A DNA stretch of 64,000 bases. Origin: Epithemia pelagica. Lineage: Eukaryota; Protista; Bacillariophyta. The stretch covers positions 124,001 through 188,000 of the forward strand of contig OX337242.1 in the NCBI GenBank assembly GCA_946965045.2. Direction: 5' to 3'. A program made the translations under genes and the position numbers. This document shows, in pieces, positions 10,378 through 22,575 of the stretch; positions within the stretch are counted from its first letter, which is position 1; the number at the start of each line of letters is the position of its first letter. Below the pieces are notes generated by a model, which did no database searches, was not told the DNA's origin, and was given only the letters and a program-made list of their open reading frames with translations.

Positions 10378-10642
10378 GATTACTTCCATATTGGTGATAC
10401 TCGAAGGAGTAGTATTTTCTATATTGGATCAGTATTCTCCAAAAGATAAGAACTGCTTCTCCGGCCGGATTGTAGAGCGGCCAAACAACGGCAAAATTGT
10501 AGAGCGGCCAAACAACGGCAAAATATGGCTACGATATTGGCCGGAAATTGGGCGATCTAGCTACCGGTTCTTATCTTTTGGAGTATACTGATCCAATATA
10601 GAAAATACTATTCCTTCGAGTATCACCAATATGGAAGTAATC
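10378..10642. mobile_element. 265-bp foldback/MITE-like element with 76-bp TIRs
   Basis: 10378-10453 and 10567-10642 are inverted repeats with 2 mismatches (GATTACTTCCATATTGGTGATACTCG...); internal 27-bp tandem duplication at 10469-10522; partial redundant copy at 9652-9906. No TSD visible. Confidence 0.75.
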
Positions 10643-11060
10643 TTACAATATGTATTGGAATTATGGAATAGTCTGTAGTCTGATATTGGATATTGGATGT
10701 GATCATGATTATGGAGGCTGACGTCATCTTTCTCCCTACACTCTAATTCTCTAATCTCTAATCTCTAATATCTCAATTCTCAATTCTCCTTTCCATTACG
10801 AGCTCGTATTATTTATTCTTATTTTTTCCAATAACACTGACTCGTACATCATAATATTGATCTACCCGAGTCTCGGAGGTTCTCACTCTTTCTCCTTGCT
10901 TCTTGATCTTTTTGGGTCTTTTTCTCTGATTGTCGTAAAACAGTCAACAGTCAACGGCAAAAAGGTTCATTTTTTGAAGTTTCCAGAGAGCGGAAAGCCG
11001 AACTCGTTAACCTCAAGCCATTTTAGGTTCTATCTTCTATCGCTTTTCTTCCTTTCAAGC

Positions 11061-12020
11061 ATGTCGGAACCTTGGATGAAACCAGCCGATTCCAATTCTC
11101 CTCGTGGAGACAAGAATAATGGCTTTTTCTCACAACTATCACCGGCTTATCGGGCCGCGTTGGCCTTGAATAACATGGCCATTTCTCTTCTGGAACGAGG
11201 AGACTATCAAGACGCCACCAAGGCCCTTGGTGACTCGTTGACGCTCTTGAAATTAAGCTTTCATCCGGCGGCATCGCATCATGACGAGCAACAAGGGGCA
11301 GTCGACAACTGGAAAAGACTGAATCACCAAACCAAGGTATCTCAAGAAAAACTACATGCCACGGAACAACGCCTGGCCGAATCTTTCCGATTTGGTCGTA
11401 ATCTTCCGCACCACCAAGGTCAGATACACCCATTGGAAGAAGTAGACTTTGCAATAATGAGAAGTGCCATCATGATTGGTTCATCTCATGGACAGTTTTA
11501 TCCCGTTCGAGTTCGAGATTCCCAGTTCTCAACAAGTACTTGTTATGCAGAGGACTCCTCCTGTTGGAGTCAAAGTCAGATGGACGCCGAGCGCCAGTTT
11601 GGTATTGTTTTGTATAATCATGGACTGGCTCATCTTTTGAGGTTCTTGAGAGAAGAGCAAACTTCTCCATACCGCCATTCACTGGCAGTTAACAAGACCC
11701 TTTCGCCAGATCGATTACACAATCGTTCCTTGACACTTGCCTACCGGTCACTGACCTTGTCACACTTGTCGCATTCGCGGTGTTGGGGCCACGAAGAACA
11801 ACAAGGACAAGGAAACAATGTCTCGGAAGTCTTTCCGTCCATACTTTTGTCGGCTCTGGCCTTGAATAGTCTATGTGAGGTCCTCAAGATTCAACACCAT
11901 TTCCCCAAGGCCAGTGAAGCCCTCGAAGCCGCGCTCGGACTCTGTTCCATGGTGGACGAAGACTTTTTCGCCTCATATTACGCTTCGAAAAACTGCCCTG
12001 AAATTGCGGCAGCCGCATAA
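11061..12020 (+). CDS. TPR-like alpha-helical protein of unknown function (319 aa), right-arm copy
   Basis: ATG at 11061; same protein as 8436-9395. Confidence 0.8.
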   Translation: MSEPWMKPADSNSPRGDKNNGFFSQLSPAYRAALALNNMAISLLERGDYQDATKALGDSLTLLKLSFHPAASHHDEQQGAVDNWKRLNHQTKVSQEKLHATEQRLAESFRFGRNLPHHQGQIHPLEEVDFAIMRSAIMIGSSHGQFYPVRVRDSQFSTSTCYAEDSSCWSQSQMDAERQFGIVLYNHGLAHLLRFLREEQTSPYRHSLAVNKTLSPDRLHNRSLTLAYRSLTLSHLSHSRCWGHEEQQGQGNNVSEVFPSILLSALALNSLCEVLKIQHHFPKASEALEAALGLCSMVDEDFFASYYASKNCPEIAAAA

Positions 12021-12738
12021 CCGTGGTCTTGCCAACATGACTGGGCAAACGATCGAGTCAATGCACCCAAATAGTCGTGGTCGAGGGGAAATCCCGTCGA
12101 CTTCCTACGCAGTGTGCATGTGATATCGAAATAGAAAACTACCTAGTATACGTGTTGTATAACTATTTTGTCATGTACGGAATATGAAAGCTTGTGGATG
12201 TCGCCCCGGGCTATCTCGTTCGTCTCGAACAGCCGTAGGCGGATACCTGTTCACATTGTATCGGGTCTGCAGCGCCATCGTCTGTTCTCTATTTCCGGTG
12301 GACACATTCCGAATCCAACTGTGGCTCAAACCGCTTGCTCGCATGGTCTAGGTAGGCCAACCCGAGACCCGAGTTCAAGAGCTCCATTTCACGAGCAAAG
12401 GGGCTAAAGTCTCTTCTGCGATACGTGAGGTTCTGTCGCTTGAGGCCATGGATGCAAGAATCAAGAAGAAGTGATGGGAAGATTCGCTTTCTTTCACATT
12501 CTACTTCATACTTCATACTACATCTGCGAGTACTCTTATAGGTAATAGGTATAGGTAGTAGGTAAGGGCTAAAGCTCGCCTGTTTCCTGTTTCCAGTTTC
12601 CTACGTCGCAATTCCCGACTTGATATAGTATCGCAGATCGCAGACGTCTTCAATCTTCACTCTTGATTGACTCTTGAAGAGGTCGGTCCAGCGGTAAGCG
12701 GTCACGCATCTCCAGCAGAAATTTTCTGTTGCGTGTAA

Positions 12739-13546
12739 GGCTATCTCCACCCGAGCGCCGCTATGCTCACGTGTATTGGGGCTTTTTGATTGGCCTCGCT
12801 ATCCGGATAGCAAATTAGCGGAGCCAAAGGGAAATAAACTCCACGATCTCCGTTAAAAGAACGCCGCTATCTCGCGTTGCACGTACACATTGCGCATATG
12901 CCCTCTCTTGTTTCGGTTAAAAAGGGGTGCGGCCACGGAAGTTGCGGAATTCAAACAAGACAATCAACGAGAGCAGAAAGCATAAACCAAAGATGGAGGA
13001 CTCGTTGTTCTCCCTCTTCATTGTTGACTGTCATGGTGAATCATGTTGTTGTTCATGGCCAATGTAGATGTAGGTTGTAGGTTGCAGTCCAATCGTCCTA
13101 TTGTCTTCCCTGTCCCTGTCCGATTTCCGATTGATTGGCTGATAATCGAACACATCAATAGTTTGAATGATGCATTTGTTTGATTGTTGCATTCCTTCCG
13201 ATCCGTGATCCTCGAATCATCTTGCTGTGCATGGTCCTTGTCCCATTGTAGGAAGTAGGGAACACAACAATGGAAAAAGAGATGGTAAGCGATCGTCACA
13301 AATCAATACGTGCCATTTGCCATTTGCCATTGCCATGTTTTCGACACGAGAGATACTGTTGGCAGCAGACGTTAATTTATTTATGCCGACGGTTATATTT
13401 TGCTCCGCTATCCGCTAGTTTCCCCACTATTCGGGGCCCCAAATAGCGGCAAAAATAGCGGATAGTGGAGCTGTTTAGCGGTTAGAGGAGATGGTGGAGT
13501 TCGATAGCGGTTTTTGGACCTTTAGCGGCCCCGGGTGGAGATAGCC
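12739..13546. mobile_element. Non-autonomous PIF/Harbinger (Tourist-like) element, 808 bp
   Basis: 15-bp perfect TIR GGCTATCTCCACCCG; TAA TSD on both sides (12736-12738, 13547-13549); subterminal CCGCTA/TAGCGG/GCTATCC motifs at both ends. Confidence 0.9.
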
Positions 13547-15365
13547 TAAGGTAAGCGCTACATTGGTCACCATGTGGGATGGGACTGCGCACTGGTCACT
13601 AGGAGTATTATTTATCCTTTCTCATTTGTTTGTTTCGTACTGGTCACCCTGTGTCATTCATTTGCTCCACACAGCCTTCCAAAATGTCTGATTGCAATGG
13701 CAATGATGACTCTTCAACGGTGGAAGAGTGCAATATGGATGGCAATCCGAAGCACACCCCGAAAATGAAGGTTCTGTAAGAGGACACGTATCAGTGTATT
13801 CTTGAAAGGAGAGAATATTGACATGACAACAAAACAAAAAGAGTCTGGGTACCAAGCAACTATTCCACCACTGGAAAGGAAAGCTTTCACCAAGATAGGT
13901 AGTAGCGAGGCATTTTTATCATGGTAGCACAGGTAGTCTTTTCTCCAGCTGGAGGCGCATACCTTGCTCCAGCAGAGTGGTCTCCAGCGCATACCTAGAG
14001 CTCCAGCAGAGATGAGCTGTTGCTGGACCGACCTCTACTCTTGAACCTTGTCCGTCGACGTTTGTTACGTCATCTTTCGACTTCGATTTGCTTTCTAGAC
14101 CGGTTGGGTAGCTATGGGCTTTGGCGGAGGCTTAGCTCCAAAGTACAATAAGTTCATCGACAATTTGAATCATGAATCATATTTTAACGCATGTCATACA
14201 TTCCCTGGCTAAAATATTAATATTCTAACTTCAATGTTTGGAGCCCCGTCATCATTGGATTCAACAGGTTTCTGAAGTGGAAGCCCTCAGTACGTAAACT
14301 TTAAAGTTTGAATCTGAAAGTTTGCGATGGCTATCACTCGATCATATTGAATAAAATACATGACACTTTGGATATCGGGCGTATCACCGGGACTACAGGA
14401 AAAGCAATAACTCTGAGACAGTTCCAACTTGTACTATCTTTTTCGCTAGGTTGCCCTGTATTCGTGTGTTGTGAGATCATGACTCATATTATTCAAGCAT
14501 ATTATTATTTCATATTGGTTATTGGTTCACTCGCGACTGGGATGCTGCAACCGGCAGAAGCAATCTGTTATTGTGTGTTGATTGTTAATAACAATACACA
14601 TGAATCATGGTGAACATAGACAATAGACACTGACACATTCGTTATCACAGTTATCTGTCATCTGCCTATCCGCAAGTCAAACGATAGGAGTCTCTCGGTC
14701 AACTGTTGTGCTGGATGTATCCAAGGGCCTTGGAACATTCAACAACTTTTTGGCTGCGTGTCGGATGTCGGATCGACAGCATCACCAGAATTTGGGTATC
14801 TGGATATAAGAAAAGACACGTCTTTCTGCCTTGTGAACCATTGCCAAGTACCTCTAGGAAGGTTATAACGAGAGAAAGTTTTTTGTCTGTTTGGCGAAAG
14901 TTCGAGACCTTTGGGGATCGGCATCCAATCCATATCACTGTGTTTGGTCTTGTGTAAGATCAGATAACAGCGGATATGCCGCTCTTCTGCAGTAAGAGAG
15001 TCAGCGGCTCGCCACTTTCAGCTGGTGTATTGAGAGTTTGGCTGTCATCCATTGTTGACTTTCGTTGGAATGGAAATGTTATTGACTACTCCTACTCCTA
15101 TTGACCGTTGCGCTACCTCTACACAAGGGATTGCGATACCTAGCATTCGGAAGCCCTCCGTACAGCATCTTAGTCGCGTTTAATGACGAAAATCGCGACC
15201 ATGAGAGAATGGGACGCGTTCTTGCCGTGTTGGAGAAAAACCGTGAGCAAGAAAAGATCTAATAGATCGACTCATTCTCCCAACCGAGAAAGAGCAACCA
15301 ACAAGTGGGTTGCTTCCGATCCACAGTCTCTCTCCTATAAACATTGAACAGAGAGGTTTCTCAAC

Positions 15366-16175
15366 ATGATTGACTTGATACAACAACGGTGGTTCCTTGT
15401 CATTCTTGTTGGATGCTCTTTCTCAACGAATCCAGGTGTTTTCGCCTTTGTGCCCACGGCCACACCCTCGACGGGTTCGCACTCGACCCTCTCGTCGACA
15501 GCGCCTTTATCGTCGCCGGAATCCACTACTACAAGTACTTCCAAATTTACCGCCGACGATTTGTTTGCCTTGTCCAAAGACTTTTTGAACAACAATGGAT
15601 TTTACGGTCCGGTCGAGGCCGATCGCTTGGCGGAGGACTTTGTCTTTCGAGGTGGGATTGTCGGTCCCCTCAACAAGCAAGATTATTGTACAACAATGAC
15701 CAAATTGGGTGTTTACCGGGCCTTTGACTTGCAATCCAATGCCTTTGGCTTTTGCATGGATCCCGACGATGAGCAAACGGTTCGATTCTATGTGCGCTAT
15801 TCCGGTCGGCAAGTGGCCGACTGGGATGTTCCCACCACGTTCATGAAGGCCCCCATGCCATCGTCGCCATCGGCACCACCTGTACAAGGCATGACGGAAT
15901 CCTTTTGTCTCAAATTTGACAAGGAGGGCAAGGTGCAATTCTTTTCGGCCGGCAATTTGGTCCCCTTTGGCAATCCCAAAAAGCCCACGGTCGGCAAGTA
16001 TGGTGCCGTCTTTGGTCTCTACAATTATGTCAATCAAGGATTTCGGGTCGACTGGGCCTTGATGAAACCCAATATTCGCAAATTGGGCAATTGGGCGGCC
16101 CAAGTCATGGGCGAAGAACAAGCACCACCCCGCACCAAATCCGATACCATTCCGGATTGGTGGAACGAACATTAA
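15366..16175 (+). CDS. Probable plastid-targeted NTF2/SnoaL-like protein (269 aa)
   Basis: Hydrophobic signal peptide ending VFA-FVP (ASAFAP-type), then an S/T-rich transit peptide, then LAEDFVFRGGIVGPLNK...FGFCMDP...VRFYVRYSG, resembling algal NTF2-like proteins. Confidence 0.75.
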   Translation: MIDLIQQRWFLVILVGCSFSTNPGVFAFVPTATPSTGSHSTLSSTAPLSSPESTTTSTSKFTADDLFALSKDFLNNNGFYGPVEADRLAEDFVFRGGIVGPLNKQDYCTTMTKLGVYRAFDLQSNAFGFCMDPDDEQTVRFYVRYSGRQVADWDVPTTFMKAPMPSSPSAPPVQGMTESFCLKFDKEGKVQFFSAGNLVPFGNPKKPTVGKYGAVFGLYNYVNQGFRVDWALMKPNIRKLGNWAAQVMGEEQAPPRTKSDTIPDWWNEH

Positions 16176-16373
16176 TGCGGATCATTGTACCATTCCAGAC
16201 ACACACAAGTGTCTGTAGATTTGTAAAGAAAACGAGAATGCAGACTGGGAAACGGATGAAGACACCTTCACAATCTACGTCACTGATATTTCTCCACCAA
16301 CATGTCACGCAAGAATTGGAAACCACAAGACTATATAGACTCTACCTAGTACATAGGCAAACCTATTGTTCGT

Positions 16374-19300
16374 TTACTTTTTGCCTTGTTTTTCCTTGTT
16401 TTTGGCCACTAATCGGGCCAACTTTTCGGCCCGAGCCGTGGCAGCGGCGGCCAATTTTTCGCGTCGCACTTGATTTTCCCGTTCGACTTCGCGTTCCAAT
16501 TCGGCCAAGAGACTGGCCTTGTAATCGTCAAATCCTTCCGTCCATTCCGTCACACCCAACTTTTCCACCACCCACAAGGTACAATCGCATTCGTCAATCA
16601 AGCGTTGGTCGTGTGTCACCACCACGACCCCGCCATTGAATTCGTTAATCGCATCGCACAAGGCGTCGATACTCTCTGTTGTTGTTGTGTTGTTGTGAGT
16701 GAACAAGAAGAGAGACACAGGACAGCGCCACATTGGCAACAAACGGAAAGGAGTGAGAAACGACAAGCTTGTCGAACTCTAGAAGTGTCGTCTCTGTCCG
16801 CCTGCTACAGTACATACCAATATCCAAATTGTTGGTGGGTTCGTCCAACAAGAGAATGTGTGGATTTTGCAAACTCAATTCGACAAAGACCACACGAGCC
16901 TTTTGTCCACCACTCAAATCCCGCATGGCCACTTCGTGCGCATGGCCCTCCAAGCCATATTTGCCCAGTCGGTTGCGGACCGATTGATAATCCTCATTTT
17001 GGAACCGGTCCCGCAAAAACTCGACCGGCGTCTTTTCCATGGGCAACTTGTCCACAAAATGCTGATTGTAAATGCCCATTCTGGAAACGAAATACGTACA
17101 CAGACACACATTTATGCACGAGAGCGAGTGAGTCGACCCAAAGGAACTACCAACAACCATTGTCATGTCACTCGAGATAGATACGTACCGCAATCGTGGA
17201 TTCCGTTTCACTTCTCCCTTGGTGGGTTCCACTTCGGATGTCAAGAGTTTGAGCAAGGTACTTTTTCCGGCTCCATTCGGACCGACAATGGTAATGCGAC
17301 TATCCATATCAATCCCAAAATCAATCAAGTCAAAAATCACGGGATGTTTGGGCGAGTACCGGAAATGCACCCGATTCACTTCCATGACGGGACGGGTCAA
17401 TTCATTGACTTCGGAAAATTCAAACCGGACTTGATATTCCCGGGGTCGTTTGATCAATTCCGTCGCTTCCACCGCCTCGGTACCAGCGGCCACGGCTTGA
17501 TTCTTTTTCTTTTGACTCCGTGCGCCCGCTTCGCGTTTGTTGGCCGTCTTTTTGACCGTTTCTTGAGCCTTTTGTTTGGACTGCCCCGACTTTTTGAGCT
17601 CCCGCAGTCGCTTTTCTTGCTTCTCCCACGCCTTTTGTTGCTGTTCAAACTTGATGCGTTCCGCCTTTTTGAAACTGTCGTAATTGCCCTTGTAGGAGAT
17701 GAGTTTGAGATCTTCAATGTGCAAGATTTCTTCACACACGCTATTCAAAAAATCCTGGTCGTGCGACACCACAAACAAGGTCTTTTTCCATTTCTTGAGA
17801 TATTCTTCCAACCAAATAACGGCATTCAAATCTGAACGAGCACCGAAACACCAAAAGACAGCATACAGAAAAAAGTGGTTGAGTTTCTCTTTCTCCGCTC
17901 GCGCTTGTTCCAACAAACCGGTCAATCCACGTGTACATACCTAAATGATTTGTAGGTTCATCCAACATGAGCAAGGTGGGTTCGACAAAGAGGGCTCGAG
18001 CAAGCTATAACAAGAATAGACCCAGAGCCACAAGACGACATTGGGACCCAAACGAAGAGCAAACAAACCGTGAGATGGGAGTCCAGAGCGTGTGATGTGG
18101 TCTCGGAGGATCAACCAGGGTTGCTCAGGACCACAACCCTGTATCTATATCTATACCAAAGTCACACACGTACCGAAATGCGCATGCGCCATCCTCCACT
18201 AAACATTTTGGTCGGTTTGGTTTGCATATCAATGGCAAATCCCAATCCATACAAGATTCGTCGCGCCTTGGCTTCGGCGGCATCGGCTCCCATGTTGGTC
18301 AATTCATCCACGACTTGTTGCAATCGTTCAATCAATTCCATCGAGGCACCACCGCCACCATCATCGTCCGTCGTTTCCGCATCATCAATGGCCTTGTTGA
18401 GACGTTCTTCTTCTTGCAACAATTCCCATCGTCGCACATCGGCTCGCAAGACGGCTTCGACGGCCGGTGTATCGTCGGCAACAATTTCTTGTTCCACATA
18501 CAAAAAGTCGATGCGGGGTGGCAATTTCAAATCATTCGAGGCAATCATTTTCAAGAGTGTCGATTTACCCTTGCCATTGGGGCCCACCAATCCATAACGC
18601 CGTCCATGCGCAATGGACAGGGTGGCATCTTGAAACAAAATTTTTCCCGCCGCACTAATGGAAAAACTGGGAATTTGGACATCAAGGGAATTTTGCCATT
18701 GGGGATCCTTTTCGTCCACGGCAGTTTGCGAACAGGCAAATTGGGCTCCTTCGCGCGAGGCTTGGGCGGCCGAAGCCGAATATTCCGCTTCCCGTTCTGC
18801 CGCTTGACGAGCCTTGAGCAATCGTTTCCGTTCCTTGTTGCTCAACTTTTTGCCATCGGGACCGTACAACAAGGAGGTATCTTCGTCAGTACCAGCGGCT
18901 GCCGCCGCGGCAGCATCGGCCCCAGTGGCGGTACCATCGCCAATCCCATACATTTCGACTGGTTCGTCCTCGTCCTTGTCCTCGTCACCCGCCTTTTCGT
19001 CCTCCTCCTCCTCCTCTTTTGATTTTGGTTGCGGTGCTTGTTGGGGTGGTGGTTTCAATCCTCCCTTGGCCGCCTTTTGTGGTTGTGATTGTGGTTGCGT
19101 TGGTTCTTGTTCCTCCTTTTTCTTTAGGGCTTGTTCCATTTGCAATTCAAACTTGGACTTGGCCCGAGGCGCCGCTGGTGCTGTTTCCGTATTAGGCGCC
19201 TTGGGTGGTTCCGGAGCAGTCTCTTGTTCGTCCGTCGCCGAGACATGAGTCGTGGTATCTTCTATATCTTCATCGTCATCTTTTTCGTGCGCTTCTCGTT

Positions 19301-20096
19301 CCTTTTTCTCGCGCTTCTTTTCCTTCTTTTCCTTCTTGGCCTCCTTTTTGGCTTTCTTGGCTTCCTTCTTGGCCTTTTTGGCTTCTTTGCGGGCCTTTTC
19401 CTCGTCATCATCTTTTTTGGATTTGGATTTGGATTTGGAGTCGCCCATGCCCCAATCATCGAGCATGACCGCCACTTGTTCCACTTCTTCGTCGTCATCA
19501 TCTTCGTTCTCGTCTTGTTCCGAGTCTTCTTCCTCGCTGTCGTCCAGAGCGGCCAATTTTTGCTTCCAACCACCACCACCACCCTTGTTCTTGTTTTTAT
19601 TCTTGTTCTTGCCCTTTGGTTGGACCTGCAATTCTTCTTCTTCGTCGTCATCATCATCGTCGGAATCCTCGTCATCTTTTTGGCCCTTGGCCGCGGCGGC
19701 AATCGGATCGACAAAGTCGTCGTCGTCATCATCGCCATGTTTGGGTCCACCCTTGCCCTTTTTGTTGTTGTTCTTTTGCTGCTTTCCCTTGGGCTTGGTC
19801 ATGGGTACATCCTCATCGTCATCATCGTCGTCGTCGTCATTTTGTTGCGCCGCAGCGGCGGCGGCAATCGGATCGACAAAGTCGTCGTCGTCATCGTCAT
19901 GTTGCTGTCCCCGTCCCCCCTTTTTATTCTTCTTTTTGCCCTTGCCGCCACCGCCAGTTTGTTGTTGTGCCGGTGCAGCCGCCGGTGCAGTTCCACCGCC
20001 TTTGTTGCCCGCGGCCGCAATGGGATCGACAAAATCATCCTCGTCGTCATCATCGTCGGCAAATTTGCCCCGATTTTTCTTCTTTCCGCGTGCCAT
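16374..20096 (-). CDS. ABCF: ABC-F family ATPase (ABCF1/GCN20-like), 5 exons: 18174-20096, 17941-18004, 17189-17831, 16818-17080, 16374-16675 (1064 aa)
   Basis: Two NBDs (GPNGKGKST, FSGGWRMR, LDEPTNHL; GPNGAGKST, LSGGQKAR, LDEPTNNLD), no TM domains, long K/D/E-rich N-terminus. Four GT-AG introns join into 3195 nt in frame. Confidence 0.95.
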
Positions 20097-20739
20097 TTTG
20101 TCGTGTCGCGTTGTTTGATGTTCTTTTGTGGTTGGAGAGAATCAGAATCCAAAACGAGCAGAGGCAGGCCTTGATCTATATAGATGTAGACTTTTGTGTG
20201 GTTCAGTGGATGCAATCGCAATCGACGACCATCATGGTCCAAAAACTTCTCTTGCAAACGTGTGATGTGCGTTTGAAGGACAGAGGAGCAGACGAAAATC
20301 ATTTTCGGTCGCATTTGAGGGGGCGTGACATCATGCCACGTCACGCCCCTGAACTGCGACCGACCCCACGTTTCCCCAGTGCCAAAAAAAGGGGGTCATG
20401 GGGTTTTTGTACCCCCACAAAAAGTGGCTCGTGGCCAAACGACGACGACGACACACAACAACGAGACCGTCCAACCAACAAAAAGGACAACGCCCAAGGA
20501 CACGTGAGAACCGAACGAACCACACAAGAATTGTCCTTCGTTGAAATCTCCTCTTCTTGCTGCAGCTGGATCCACTTCCTGCGACGAAAAAGGCCCTTGT
20601 GCATTCGGATGGATTCATTGAGGACCAACGAAACAGCAGCACACCTCTCCGCACCAACGAAACTCCGACCCACGTACAGTAAAGTCGTTGGTCCAAGAGC
20701 GATACTTTCCACGAATCGTCTAGTATTGGAACCTCTACC

Positions 20740-22098
20740 ATGGCCACTACCACCACTTCTACCACAACCTCGAGAATAGCCGCTAGTCCATCAAGTGTTG
20801 CGGCATCCCGATTGGCGTCGTCGTCGACTTCCGTGTCGTCGTATTCGGCCGCGGTGAATCGTTCTTCGGAACTCTTGTCGTGTGCCCAATCGGCTCTCAA
20901 AATTGCTCAACAAAAACAACACGCACAACCACAACAACACGCACAACGAACTGGAGCCTTGCCCTTGCTGCCGCAGGAATTGCACTTGGCAGCCATGCAC
21001 AATGACATGTCGTCGTCTTTGTCGTCGTCATCCTCCTTGATTGCTTGGCAAGAAGAGTGCTTGTCGTGGTTGCGGTCCTTGCAAACCATTTTGCAGCACG
21101 TTCAAGGCTTGGTCCGTCGCTCGGGACAGTCCAACGACCCGACACACGAATTGACGGTGCAAACCCAACGCTTTGAACAAGCCATTCAACACTTGAAACA
21201 AGCCCTGCACTTGCCTCAAGACGACAATGCCGACAGGAAGGCAGCGGCCAAACGACGATCGCAAGTCGAATCGCATCAATATTGGATTCGCGAATGGTGT
21301 GCCGCTGTCGCGCAACACTATGGACAAGAATGGCAAGCCACACTCAAAGTCCGAGCCCAAGTCTTGCAGCGACAAGCCAAGCGACGACAACAATTTGTCA
21401 CCACTACCAGCAATAGCAGCAGTAGCACAACGACAACACCCTCATCTCTGTCACGACGTCCGTTGAACAACACTACATCGGCATCCTTGCAACGCAATCC
21501 ACTCTTTGCGGCTACTGCCGCACCACCACCCTCTCGTCATTCGTATCGACCTACTACAACATCAGTGGGATCGGCACCTACTAGGACCACTGGATATCCA
21601 TCCTCCTCGTCGTCGTCCTACTATTATGGTGGTGGTGCGACCAACACGGGCGGTGCGAGTGGATATGGTGGTATATCCACAGGCATGCGACATCGCAAAG
21701 GAGGTGGGGGCGGTACCATGAGTAGTAGTATGCGCCACATGGATCCGGATGAGTCGACTGTGGAGTCCCACCACTCGCAGGCAAATACGCAAGTACAACA
21801 ACAACAATTTCAACCCCGCGCCTCGGCGCAACGTCGATTGCACGAAGCCCGTCAGGCCGAACAAGCCTTGCACAGTATTGGAACCATGTTTGGCAAATTG
21901 TCCAGTTTGGTCTCCCAACAAGCTGAAGTGTTGGAAAAGGTCGAAGACGATGTCGAAGCGGCCTCGGTCAATGTCCAAGCCGGACACGACGAAATTACCA
22001 CACTCCACGCCATCAAAAAGGGCAATCGCAGTCTCATTCTCAAAGTCTTTGGCATGCTCCTCTTTTTGATTTTGTTTTTGCGATTGTACAAGAAATAA
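20740..22098 (+). CDS. STX5: Syntaxin-5/Sed5/SYP3-like Qa-SNARE (452 aa)
   Basis: C-terminal SNARE motif (ARQAEQALHSIGTMFGKLSSLVSQQAEVLEKVEDDV) plus tail anchor NRSLILKVFGMLLFLILF; NRSSEL resembles the RDRTxEF SM-binding peptide. Confidence 0.85.
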   Translation: MATTTTSTTTSRIAASPSSVAASRLASSSTSVSSYSAAVNRSSELLSCAQSALKIAQQKQHAQPQQHAQRTGALPLLPQELHLAAMHNDMSSSLSSSSSLIAWQEECLSWLRSLQTILQHVQGLVRRSGQSNDPTHELTVQTQRFEQAIQHLKQALHLPQDDNADRKAAAKRRSQVESHQYWIREWCAAVAQHYGQEWQATLKVRAQVLQRQAKRRQQFVTTTSNSSSSTTTTPSSLSRRPLNNTTSASLQRNPLFAATAAPPPSRHSYRPTTTSVGSAPTRTTGYPSSSSSSYYYGGGATNTGGASGYGGISTGMRHRKGGGGGTMSSSMRHMDPDESTVESHHSQANTQVQQQQFQPRASAQRRLHEARQAEQALHSIGTMFGKLSSLVSQQAEVLEKVEDDVEAASVNVQAGHDEITTLHAIKKGNRSLILKVFGMLLFLILFLRLYKK

Positions 22099-22575
22099 AT
22101 GCTGGTTCGTCGTCTCGAACCCAAACCAAATAGGAGTAGACAACGACCCACAAGGTTCCTCTAGTAGGTAGGTAGAGCGGACTCCTACTATCTCTAGAGA
22201 GATAGAAGCACCCCACCACCGAGCAAACATAGAGAGTCAATCGAATCACACGACTCTGGCGCGAGATTGGGTGGGACATAAGGATGGACATTAGGAACCG
22301 GAACGGACGAATGTGACAACAACTAGTCTCTACCTAGGTAGGTAGTCTAGAAAGGGCGTGTCCGCTCGCTTCCACACTCCAAGCGACCCATAGGCGTTTC
22401 CGAGCATGCACTATTCATGCTCCGCGCCCGATTTTTCTGCGCGCAGGAGCGCGAAGAAGACATCTAAGTACGGAACGGTTGCTTCAGAAATTGTGCCTTC
22501 CGCTTCCATATTATTTATGCAAGTGTGGGCTGAGCATTTCTGGCAGATTATTTCAGCGCTGCAGTTTTTGGGACC

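Larger units (their letters stand above)
2110..12627. repeat. Inverted duplication: left arm 2110-2172 + 7892-9650 (interrupted by the gypsy element), right arm 10796-12627
   Basis: The reverse complement of 12564-12627 matches 2110-2172, and the match resumes right after the gypsy 3' LTR and continues to gagctcgtaa (9641-9650). Differences seen: at least 4 substitutions and a 10-bp indel (ctccttgctt). Confidence 0.95.

Noticed and set aside
9381-10632. Apparent 526-bp tandem duplication around the N run, and the X-containing ORFs
   Set aside because: Identical sequence on both sides of a round 200-N gap is best explained as an unmerged contig overlap.
10735-10795. CTCTAA runs as a telomere-fusion scar at the palindrome centre
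   Set aside because: Only about 4 imperfect units, not CCCTAA; similar motifs occur inside the TIR element at 27978-28408.
13574-15360. Short ORFs in the AT-richer intergenic region
   Set aside because: No family signature or coherent exon structure could be supported.
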